A stretch of DNA of 64,000 nt from contig CDMY01000334.1 in assembly GCA_001179505.1 (NCBI GenBank), positions 1-64,000 on the forward strand, read 5' to 3'. Made by a program: the position numbers and the translations under genes. Position 1 is the stretch's first letter; every line of letters starts with the position of its first letter. Shown here piece after piece: positions 53,699 through 64,000 of this stretch. The stretch comes from Vitrella brassicaformis CCMP3155 (Eukaryota; Protista; Chromerida). The notes below the pieces were generated by a model that searched no databases, was not told the origin of the DNA, and saw only the letters and a list, made by a program, of their open reading frames with translations.

Positions 53699-54760
53699 AT
53701 GCCACGCAGAGAGACAAGGCCAAAACTTACAGAAGGCAGTCTGGGTGGTGAGAGGGAGCGGGAGGGCAGGCCCGTGCGCAAGGGGCAGCTCAAGAGGAAG
53801 GTGCAGAGCGACCATGACGATGACGACAATGACAACGACGATGACGATGAGCGCGACGAGGACGAGGAAGAGAGTGAGGAGGTCAGAGGAGAGAGAGAGC
53901 GAGAGAGATGCCATTGGGATGCCACACACATGCGCTCTTGCGTGCGTCGTGTGTGTCGATGTGTGTGTGAATGGGCGCGTGGGTATGGCGGCAGGATGAC
54001 GACGAGGACGAGAAGCCCAAGAAACCCAAGGTCAGCCAGACACCTCACACACCAAACAGTGCACCCGCGACATCCCCCCCCCNNNNNNNNNNNNNNNNNN
54101 NNNNNNNNNNNNNNNNNNNNNNNNNNNNNNNNNNNNNNNNNNNNNNNNNNNNNNNNNNNNNNNNNNNNNNNNNNNNNNNNNNNNNNNNNNNNNNNNNNNN
54201 NNNNNNNNNNNNNNNNNNNNNNNNNNNNNNNNNNNNNNNNNNNNNNNNNNNNNNNNNNNNNNNNNNNNNNNNNNNNNNNNNNNNNNNNNNNNNNNNNNNN
54301 NNNNNNNNNNNNNNNNNNNNNNNNNNNNNNNNNNNNNNNNNNNNNNNNNNNNNNNNNNNNNNNNNNNNNNNNNNNNNNNNNNGACATCCCCCCCCCCCCC
54401 TCTCTGTGTGTGTGTGTGTTGAATGAGTGAAGGCGGCCAAGGCCAAGGCCAAGCCCAAAACCAAGCAGGCGGCCAAGCGCCCAGCCAATGACGACGACGA
54501 TGATGAGGACGGTAAGTGCCCGCTGACAAAGAACTGATGCACGCGCCACTGGCGTCTGAATGTGTGTGGCAGGACTGCGCGGCTGCTGCTGCTGCTGCCG
54601 CCAAGGGCAAGGCTAAGGCCAAGGGCCTGGTACACACACACACCACACACAGTCCACACACACAGTGCAGGTGTGCCTCCCTCCCTCCCTCCCTCTCCCT
54701 CTCTCTGTGTGTGTGTGGTCTGTTCTGTGATCTGACGGCTCCACAGGACTTTGAGGGTGG
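53699..54760 (+). CDS. Small acidic / Lys-Ala-rich low-complexity hypothetical protein
   Basis: Exons LKRKVQSDHDDDDNDNDDDDERDEDEEESEE|DDDEDEKPKKPK|VKAAKAKAKPKTKQAAKRPANDDDDDED with GT-AG introns. Contains a gap and the end is uncertain. Confidence 0.4.
54083..54382. other. Assembly gap (300 N) with duplicated flanks
   Basis: gacatc plus poly-C on both sides, so the true gap is probably near zero. Confidence 0.95.
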
Positions 54761-55326
54761 AGGGATGGTGAAAGGATGGATCAGCCGCTATCGTATCAGA
54801 TCGTATTGCGTGGCACTGTCGAAAGACGCGGGAGAGAGGGGGAGAGAGAGGAGTGTAGCCATATTATCGGACAGCCATCGAGTCAGCCGGTTAGCCAGCC
54901 GGCCGGACAGCCACCTGCCGGCAGACTCCCTCATCGATCCACCCATCCACACACTCCATACCATGCCACTGCATGCCACACACACACACACACTCGAGTA
55001 TACCATAGCCATAGCTCTCGGGTGGGATGGGTTGGGTGGCCTGTAGATGCCTGCCTGCCTGCCTGCCTGCATCATTCTATCCATGCAGTGATCTGATCTG
55101 ACGGCGGCATGCATGCGCTTAATACGCTATCTGATCTGTACAGGAAGCGGAGCAGACCGGCTCATGCTCATGCTCATGCTCATGCTCATCCATGGTTATT
55201 GGATGGACCGGACCTACTGCTTAATTAGTGAGTCTGAATCCTCTCACAGACAGCAAAGAGAGAGACAAGGAGAAAGAGGGAGACAAGGCCTTGTGTTCAG
55301 AAACCAACGAGTGTGCTAAAAAAAAA

Positions 55327-56740
55327 GGCGGGGTACAATGTCGGCGGGCAGAGAGAGGAGGGCACCGACATTGTAACCCGCCGTGCACACCCGTCCGGAT
55401 ATAAGATGTAGGCAGCGATCATGCAACCATCCATCCAACCATCCATCCCTTCAGCAGTGATGAGCAGGTGGCCCTGAACCACACACACACACACACACAA
55501 ACACACCTCGACATTCAATTTGTCAACATTCGCTTGTGTTTGGTCTCTCCGTCTCTTGTTAGCTTACACGAATGTGATACACTGCCTAAAACCGTCATCT
55601 GCCCTTGATTACCGACAGACGATCGGCACCAGTCAGTGGTGCTCCGGGTGTTGATGAGGCCTTCTCTCTCTTCAGCCACACCTCCAACTCTGAAGCAGAA
55701 ACCTGTCAGTGTGTGTGGGTGTATTATGCATCCATCCTCTGCGCATGGGTGGGTGGCTTCCTGCTTACTTGATGTAAGTAGAAGTGAGCCGCGCGTAGGT
55801 CCGGGCACTTGTTCGGTCCTGCCGTCGAGATTGGTAAGGTAGGTGTGAGAGCCAACGGTCATCCATCCATCCAGCGATCGAATGACTCGCGCCCTGAACA
55901 CATTATAAACAGACACGCGCAGGAAGGAACCAAAACGCCGTGAGTGAGTGAGCACACCTCTGTCGATGCGTGTGGGGGGGACTGACTGACTTACCTCGAG
56001 AGAGACAGTGCATTCTGTCAAAAGCACGGCCATCAGGAGAAAGAATCAAACTTCCATCATCTGCACACAAGCATGCCAGCAGGGCACAGTGAGATCACCA
56101 CAGCAATGAAACAGACTACGCAGTCATCCTTGTCATCCTTGAACATCATCCAAACATAATACCATTACCTTAGCCAATGTACTTACTTGAGGGGATGTTT
56201 TGAAGGCAAAAGAAGGCGTGCGCGCACTCGGCTGACGCCAGACAGGTGTCAGGTAGTCTCCACCCATTCAGCAGAAGAAAGGGCGCCAGCAACCGGCTGA
56301 GGCACTCGCGGCACGGCGGTAGAGGACGAAAGTGGCAGGCAAACGACATTCGGACAAGTCGGAGCGGGAGGGGATGGGCGGACCACACAAGCCAACGACC
56401 ACTCACCAAGGGAGGAGGGAGGCTCAGGCTGATCGATGTCAGCGCCTGACGGGCGGGCGGTCAGGGGCGGTCAGGTGGACTCGTCCTCTTCGCAAACGGC
56501 GAGCAGGGGGGGCTGTGTGGGCCTCGGGCGGGTGGCGCCCGACCTCTCCCGCCGAAATATGAAAGGAAACGAAGGAGATGTGAGGCGAACAGTGGGAAAT
56601 GAGGAGAGCTGGCGTGGAAAATGTCCGCTTAATTCTCGCCGCGATTCTCGCCACAAGCTCGCATGTTTTTTTTCTTTTCTGAAGCGCTCCTGGTTCGCCA
56701 CCCTCTCCTTTTCATCATTGTCCTCAAGCTGTCCATTGTG
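55327..56740 (+). repeat. Dispersed composite repeat, copy 3 (5' part), starting at a fold-back hairpin
   Basis: Reverse complement of about 31370-32830. It begins with an 18-bp stem (55327-55344 / 55365-55382, one mismatch) preceded by A9. Confidence 0.88.
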
Positions 56741-57192
56741 TGAAGTCTGCCCACAGACAGCCCGCATCTGATTCTGGCGCGTTGCACTGATTCTCTGCGT
56801 GTGTCATGTATTGGTCCATTGGATAATGAACATTATCCATGCGTGTGCGTGCTTGCGTAGGGGGAGGGAACTGAGTGACTGACTGACAGGCTTTCTCAGG
56901 AGGGGAAGGCAAGGGTTTCAGGCTAGGGTAACCCGTCAAATCATTCCTAGTAGCCATTTTCCCTTCGGTTCGGTCCTTTTCGCGCTTTCCGAGATCTCTG
57001 CCATCTCTGTCGGCACGCGAGCTCTCGGTTGCGTGCCTTTCGCCTCAGCGCCCACCCTATCCTGCTCACCTCTCAGCACCTCCAAGTCACCAGCCAGTCG
57101 AGGAGGCCGCGTAAGACGCCACCCAGGGCTCCGCTGACCGCCGGATCTGCGCACCCCTCCCGCCTCGCACGCCGTCCTCAACTCTCGCCAAG

Positions 57193-60100
57193 ATGTCTGT
57201 CAGAGAGCTGCTCGACAGCAACGTGGTGCGGCGTGACCGGTTCGGAGGAGATGGAGGGCACTACGACGGGCAGAACCGGAACGCCAAGGCCATCAGGGCG
57301 CTGACCAACCTCATTGAAGGTGCGCTGGGATGCATGCGACACAACACGCACTGTGTGCGGGTGTGGGTGGTGGTGCGGGCGTGTGGCGGTGGGACAAGTC
57401 GTGAGACGGGCTGAGACAGATGTGGGCGTGACGGGCGGGAGGGTGGGAATGTGTGGTGTGGCGGTTTCGACGCGTGGTGTGTCACCCTTGTGTGTCTGTG
57501 TGTGCATGTGTGCTGGTGTCGGTTGCAGTCACGGTTGGCGCCAAGGAGAAGGGCCAGGAACCCCACCTGCACATCTACTCAATCAAGTGAGAGCACTGGA
57601 CATGCACTGACCGACTGATTGAGTGGTTGAATGGCCACTTTCTCTCTCTGTGTGTGCAGGTTCAACCCACCTCTGTCAGGTGCGTGTGGGTGTGGTGGCG
57701 GTGTGGGGAGGTGTGTGTCCGCTGTGTGGCGTGTCCATCTGTGTGTGGCGGTCGTGCAGGTGACTTCCGCGTCCAGTCGAAGATCATCAACACGGCAGGA
57801 GCTGACGGCATCAAGAAGGAACTCCAAGAACTCAAGCTCAAGGGAGCCCTCTTCACCGTACGCACACCACACCCCGCCCCGCCCCCAACACGCCCACACA
57901 CACACACCTGCACACCTGTCTGTTTGTGTGTGTGGATGCGGTGTACACACCTGCAGGGGACGGCGTTGCTGACGATCAAGGAGACGGGCTGGGAGGGCGA
58001 GAGCAGGACCTTCGACAAGGTCCTGGGCGGCACCAACACGGAGGTGCAGGTCGCGTGGAAGGTGGCCGTGCCCCTCTCGCCCATGGCCATCACCCCGCAG
58101 ACCCACTCTGACGAAGGAATCCGCGCCAAGATGATCAACGCACAGGTGGGTGCCGGGGGGGGGGGGGGTCACGNNNNNNNNNNNNNNNNNNNNNNNNNNN
58201 NNNNNNNNNNNNNNNNNNNNNNNNNNNNNNNNNNNNNNNNNNNNNNNNNNNNNNNNNNNNNNNNNNNNNNNNNNNNNNNNNNNNNNNNNNNNNNNNNNNN
58301 NNNNNNNNNNNNNNNNNNNNNNNNNNNNNNNNNNNNNNNNNNNNNNNNNNNNNNNNNNNNNNNNNNNNNNNNNNNNNNNNNNNNNNNNNNNNNNNNNNNN
58401 NNNNNNNNNNNNNNNNNNNNNNNNNNNNNNNNNNNNNNNNNNNNNNNNNNNNNNNNNNNNNNNNNNNNNNNNNGGCGGGGGGGGGGGGGGTCACGTGTTG
58501 TGTTGTGTCTGTCTGTGTTGTGTGCAGAGTTTCTTCGTCGACAATGCCGTGCGCTCGGCGCTACGCGCCAACGAAGTCCTGCATCAGCTGCGCGACAGCT
58601 TCTACAAGTATGTGTCTGTTGTGTGTCGTTGGCCACCACACACCACACCACACCACACCACACACCCATCCCATCCCATCGTGTGTGTGCGTCTGTGTTG
58701 TTTGCCGGACAGGCTGGCAGAGGCGCGTGACATCTCGGTGACGCAGGCACTCAAGCTCTCCCTCGCCAAGGGATTCAAGACGGTAGGTCGACTCTCAAGG
58801 TTCGCCAGCCATGATTGGGGTCGAATCGCGGGGCACGCCAGCCATACACATTGGGAGGCTGCATGTGGTGGTTCGTTGATTCAGGCGGCGTTGCCCATCG
58901 CCCGCGGCCCCCACGTCGCGCTGGCACTCAACCACCTGTGGGCCCTCAACTGCACACACACATACACACCAACACATCCCATCACAATGATCATATGTCA
59001 GTGTCGTCTGTGTGTGTGTGTGTGTGCAGCATCAGTCAGTACCGACCTGCAACAGACAGACAGACAGACAGAGCCCGACATGTGATCATTGTGATGGGAT
59101 GTGTTGTGTGTCTGTGTGTATACAGTTGAGGGCGAGGCCCGCAAGTTGATCGAGGACATCTACAGCCGCACCAGCGGCACTGAGGAGGAGAGACGACACG
59201 CCGTCAAGGACGTACTCGAGGGACGGTACCGCACACACACACAGAGAGAGAGACAGACAGACACTCGCGCGTGGCACTGTGTGTGTGTGTGTTGTGCAGC
59301 ACCATCACGACGCAGCACGTCAAGCAGGCCTACACCATCGTACGCACACACGCCTCACTCACTCAGTCAGTCACCCAGACACGCGCACATCTGGTGCTGT
59401 GGTCGCTGTGTTGTGCTGTGGTGTGGTGTGGTGGATGCAGCACGAGATCGACTACACCAAGACAGCCGACAGGTCACACAAACAAACACCGCAGTCGATA
59501 CGATGAAGCAATGCATTGAGTCACTCTCTCCGTGTGAGTGAGTGTGTGTGTGCATTCCTGCTCGGTGGCTGCAGTATGTTTGAGTCGGGCGGCCAGCAGA
59601 CATCGTTCAGAGCAGTGAGCAGAACACGCTCATGGATGGACGGATGGATGGATGGATGGGTGTGTGTGTGTGTGTGCAGTACTTCAAGACGCGCTACGAC
59701 ATTGATCTCCCCCCCGGCAGCGTCCCGCCCATGCTGGTACGGATGCTACCTGCCTCCACAGACACATCAATCACACTCTGACTGACATTGTTGACCCCCT
59801 CTCACTGTGTGTGCAGGTGTGTCTGCGTGGCCGTCGCGAGTGCGTCATTCCACCCGCTGTGGTCAGTCAGTCAGGCTGCATAGCACTCACTCACTCCACA
59901 CACGTGTCTGTCTGGATGTCTCTATGTGTGTGACGTGTGTGATGTGTGTGATGTGTTAGTGTCGTGTGACGGGTGCGCCCAAGCGTGGCGACGAGCGCAC
60001 GCGCCGCACCATGATCTCAGAGACGTACGCACAACCCCCTCTCTCCNNNNNNNNNNNNNNNNNNNNNNNNNNNNNNNNNNNNNNNNNNNNNNNNNNNNNN

Positions 60101-63100
60101 NNNNNNNNNNNNNNNNNNNNNNNNNNNNNNNNNNNNNNNNNNNNNNNNNNNNNNNNNNNNNNNNNNNNNNNNNNNNNNNNNNNNNNNNNNNNNNNNNNNN
60201 NNNNNNNNNNNNNNNNNNNNNNNNNNNNNNNNNNNNNNNNNNNNNNNNNNNNNNNNNNNNNNNNNNNNNNNNNNNNNNNNNNNNNNNNNNNNNNNNNNNN
60301 NNNNNNNNNNNNNNNNNNNNNNNNNNNNNNNNNNNNNNNNNNNNNNCCCCCCCGGCACTTTTCCCCCCGTGTGTCATGTCTGTCTGTGTGTCTGTGTGTC
60401 TGTGTGTCTGTGTGTCTGTCAGTCGTATGGATCCGACCGAGCGCATGAGACACCTCAACGAGCTGCTGCCTCTGTTCGGCCAGGCGGCCACGGCCAACTC
60501 CCTCCAGGAGAGCGGCATCCAGCTGGCCGACCAGTTCCTCCAGGCACGTGTGTGTGCGTGTGAAGGGTGGGCAATGGAGGATGAATGGCATTGTGAACCG
60601 ACCGACCCATGGATGGACGGATGGACGTGTGTGTGTGTGGATGGTCAGGTGGAGGGCTGGGAACTCGACAAGAACCTCTTCAAGTGCGACATCGGCAAGA
60701 GAGACGTACGCGAGATGACACACACACACACACAACACCAGGACATACACAGAGACGTCCGTGCCTTATCCCTCCCTCCCTCCATCCCTCCTTTGCTCGT
60801 GTGTGTGTGTGTGCAGACGATCGACCCGAGTATGTTGGACCAGCTGCAGAAGCAGTCGGTGGCCAAGCCGCCACCCCTCGTCGTCGACCAGAACAGCATC
60901 ATGGCAGTGTGCGTCATCCACGAGCAGGGCGAAAGACAGCTCGGACCCTTCCTAGGCGCACTCAGAACGCAACTCGACACGTACGCCTCTCTCTCTCTCT
61001 CTCTCTCTTTCTCACACACAGAGGGATGGACGGATGCCCTCTCGTGGGTGTGTGGGTGTGTGCAAATACCGCGTGCGTGTGGCCTCTGAGCCATTCTGCA
61101 TCCCGGTGGTTGGTCGTGGCAGGCCCGAGGACAGGTGGAAAGAGGCGGCGCAGCAGGGCGTCGAGAGGATGCTCCAAATGGGCAACATAGACCCCAAAGA
61201 ACACGCTCTCGGGTACACACACACACACGTGGAGGAGTGGGAGAGGCAGAGAGAGAGCTGTGCGTTGACTGCATCCGTGTGTGTGTGTGTGTGTGCAGGT
61301 GTCTGCTGCTGGCGATCATCCCGGACAGCCTCGAGAAGGTCGTCTACAAGCCCATCAAGAACGTAGGCAAACACATACACACACACTCACTGGAGGGATG
61401 GACGGGCGGATGGGATTGGCGGATGCACTCCCTCCCTCCCTCCCTGTGTCTCTGTCTGTTGTGCTCAGGTGTCCTATGTGCAGTATGCCGTCACCTGCCA
61501 GTGCATCAAGCGCGGCACCATCGAGAAGAAGATGACGGTAGGTACCCACTCAATCGCTCACTTGGCCATTGCTCACACTCATCCCTCTGTATGTGTGGTG
61601 CGGTGTGCTAATGCCCTCGACCAACGCATCGCATCAGGTGGTCGCTCCCAAGTTGGTGACGCAGATCATCTGCAAGATGGGCGGCCACGGCTGGTCGATC
61701 CCGGCCATCAAAGGTGAGAGAGATGGGGCGAGTGACACACAGCACAGCACAAGACACCACATCACACACAACAACACGGCCCCACACAATCCCCCATGCT
61801 TGTGTGTGTGTGTGTGCAGATTCCATCAGCCCGCCCGACAGGGGGCCCAAGCCGACAATGGCCATCGGCATCAACATGGGCAAGTGCCTCAGCAGCGCCA
61901 TGTGTGCCTTCACCGCATCGGTCAATATCGAGTACGCACCCAGTCAGACATCCCCACCTCCCCCCACCGCCCCACCGCCCAGCCCATTCACCATTGGGGT
62001 GTGTGTGTGTCTGTGTCCGTGTGTGTGTGTGTAGGTTCACGAGTTACGTGTCGGTGGTGGAGTTTCTGCAGCAGGACGACCCTGCCGGCGGCGGCCGCAA
62101 GCAGAGCTACAAAGAGAAGGAGGCCGAGGCGTTCAAGCACTCCCAAGTTCGTCCAGGCCTTCGCACAGTCCAACCAAGGCAAAAAACCTGCGTAAAAAGG
62201 AGGACAGACACAGCAGATAGACAGGCAAGCTTGTGTGCGTCTGCGTGACTGTGTGGCTGTGTGTGTGTGTCGGTCGGTCAGCCGCATCATCATATACCGC
62301 GATGGCGTGCCCGAGGCCGAGAAACCCGACTTCTTCAAGTGAGTGAGTCATCGCATCGCGGCCATGGATGCATCTCTCTCTCTGTGTGTGTGTGTGTGTG
62401 TGGGTGGGTGGATGGGTGGTCAGGTACTACATGAATTCAGGCAGGAAGGCGAGCCCAGCTGCGGTCCCATGAGGGTTTCGAGAACTGCAACCCTGCCGTC
62501 CTCCTGTGCATCGTACGCCCACCACCACCACCCACACACACATACACACACACGCTCACATAGTGGGTGGATGGATGGATGGATGACACACCCCCTCCCC
62601 CCTCTCTCTCTGAATGGATGGATGGATCGTGTGTGTGTGTGTGTGTGGTGCAGGTGAGCAAGCGTGGCCCGGGTGCTGTGAATTTCTTCCAGATCACCGG
62701 AGAGGGCAGGGATGGCACTCCACAGGTAGGCGCCTGAACGACTGAGGGGGCGGTGGGGGCCTTAGGTTACATCCGTTGTGCTGTGTCTATTGTGTGTCTA
62801 TTGTGTGTGTAGGTCAGGAACCCGCCCGAGCGTTGTGTGTTTGATCGTGACGTGACCTACAACTACAAGTTCGACTTCTGTAAGCGCATTTATTTGCACC
62901 CCCACGCGCAGCGCACCCACAGACATACGACATAGGTAGACGTGTGTGCGTGTGTGTGTCCATGGTGCAGACTGCTGCCATCAGCGCGTCACTCAAGTAC
63001 GCACGCACAGCAGACAGACAGGCAGACAGACCCATGGATGGATGGATGGCTGCCACCGAGCAGGGCTCCATCACGCCGACATACTACGACGTCTTGTACA

Positions 63101-63420
63101 ACGACTTCATCATCAAGAAGGAGGGGCAGGAGGGCGGCATGCAGGCAGCCAAATTTCAGGAATTCACACAGCAACTCGCGTCCATCTACCAGAACTGGTA
63201 CGTACACACACGTGGCTCGAGGGGTGGGGGTCGTCGTATGGCTGGCTCTATGTACCCATCTATGGTGCGTGTGTGTGCCCGTGTGTGTGTGTTCAGGCCG
63301 GGTGGCCCGATTCGCGTGCCTGCGCCACTCATGTACGCCGCCAAGCTGTCAGACATGGTGGCCGACCACCTGCGAGAGCAGTTCAACCCACGCCTCCAGA
63401 GCTTTCTGTTCTTCCTCTAA
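57193..63420 (+). CDS. PIWI/Argonaute-family protein (N-PAZ-MID-PIWI), Piwi-like, predicted slicer-inactive. Possible pseudogene or assembly indels.
   Basis: PAZ: YFKTRYDI, CRVTG..R. MID: VVYKPIK..VTCQCIK..KLVTQIICKMGGHGW. PIWI: MAIGINMG, RIIIYRDGV, VSKR, NPPERCVFDRDVT..FDFY, QGSITPTYYDVL, QNW|PGGPIRVPAPLMYAAKL..LFFL*. About 30 exons traced. Confidence 0.93.
58174..58473. other. Assembly gap (300 N) with duplicated poly-G flanks
   Basis: Poly-G plus tcacg on both sides, within a PIWI intron. Confidence 0.95.
60047..60346. other. Assembly gap (300 N)
   Basis: Run of N within a PIWI intron, flanked by C-rich tracts. Confidence 0.99.
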
Positions 63421-64000
63421 GCCAACACACCCATCCTCAGCCACACCTACATGCGCATCAAGGTGCGTGCATCGCATCCACACAGGCAGACGAGCGCACC
63501 AAACCACCCACACCCACCCGAGCAGCACATTGCTCTGTCTGCCTGCCTGCTTGTGTGTGTGTTGGTGCATGTGTGTGGTCGTTCAGCAGTGGTTTTTCCG
63601 TCCGTGTCGATGGCTTTGAAGGAGGGCCAGTGGGATGGCATCGGTGTGCTGCTGTTTTTGCAATGCAATACGTGTGGGGGGTTGGTGCATACAAGCAGAG
63701 ATACACACGATACACACCCTGTGTATCGTCAGCACATCGCTAGCTGTGGTTTTTCCCCCACTCACTCACCCACTCAGTTGTCGTCTCGTGAACTGTCTAC
63801 CTGCATATGTATCGATACGTGGCGAGAGGGGAGGTCTGCCTGTATGGGAGAGAGAAGCTCTGCCTGCATCCATCCAATCGTCCAATCAACCATCTGTGTG
63901 TGTGTGTCGGTGTCCGTTGGGGGTGGGTGGGGGGTTGAAACATGCACACACACGCGTGTATGCGCACGTGTGTGTGTGTGTGTGTGAGGGCCAGCGGCAG

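Noticed and set aside
58870-59130. Apparently missing GT donors in PIWI N/L1 exons
   Set aside because: Can be resolved with a GC donor and a 9-nt micro-exon, so it was not counted as a lesion.

Overview
Intron-rich, GC-rich eukaryotic genomic DNA. The introns are short and packed with (CA)n, (TG)n, (GA)n and (GGAT)n microsatellites. This style plus an apicomplexan-type CDPK points to a chromerid alveolate such as Vitrella brassicaformis (inference). There are seven 300-N scaffold gaps. About 13 spliced protein genes were reconstructed by eye: ubiquilin/DSK2 (-), mitochondrial trimethyllysine dioxygenase (+), a Q/acid-rich hypothetical (-), GCNA/ACRC SprT protease (+, split by a probably misplaced contig that carries an RMP64/NEPRO-like gene and a hypothetical), TFIIH p44/Ssl1 (-), a CDPK with extra N-terminal EF-hands (+), RecQ helicase (-), a very large hypothetical (+), a GT34-like glycosyltransferase (-), a small acidic/Lys-rich protein (+) and a PIWI/Argonaute protein (+). 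Twelve of these genes sit in six head-to-head pairs. Highlights: (1) the PIWI-like protein keeps the guide 5'-phosphate pocket but has lost two slicer residues (D->N, H->A) and shows frame and splice anomalies; (2) a 1068-bp TA-duplicating, 25-bp-TIR Tc1/mariner-type MITE is nested in a composite dispersed repeat, and the two other repeat copies show the empty site; (3) introns have 5' (CA)n and 3' (TG)n tracts that can base-pair across the intron; (4) an ~80-nt pre-miRNA-like hairpin. Internal exon boundaries and some start/stop positions are manual estimates. No database searches were run.
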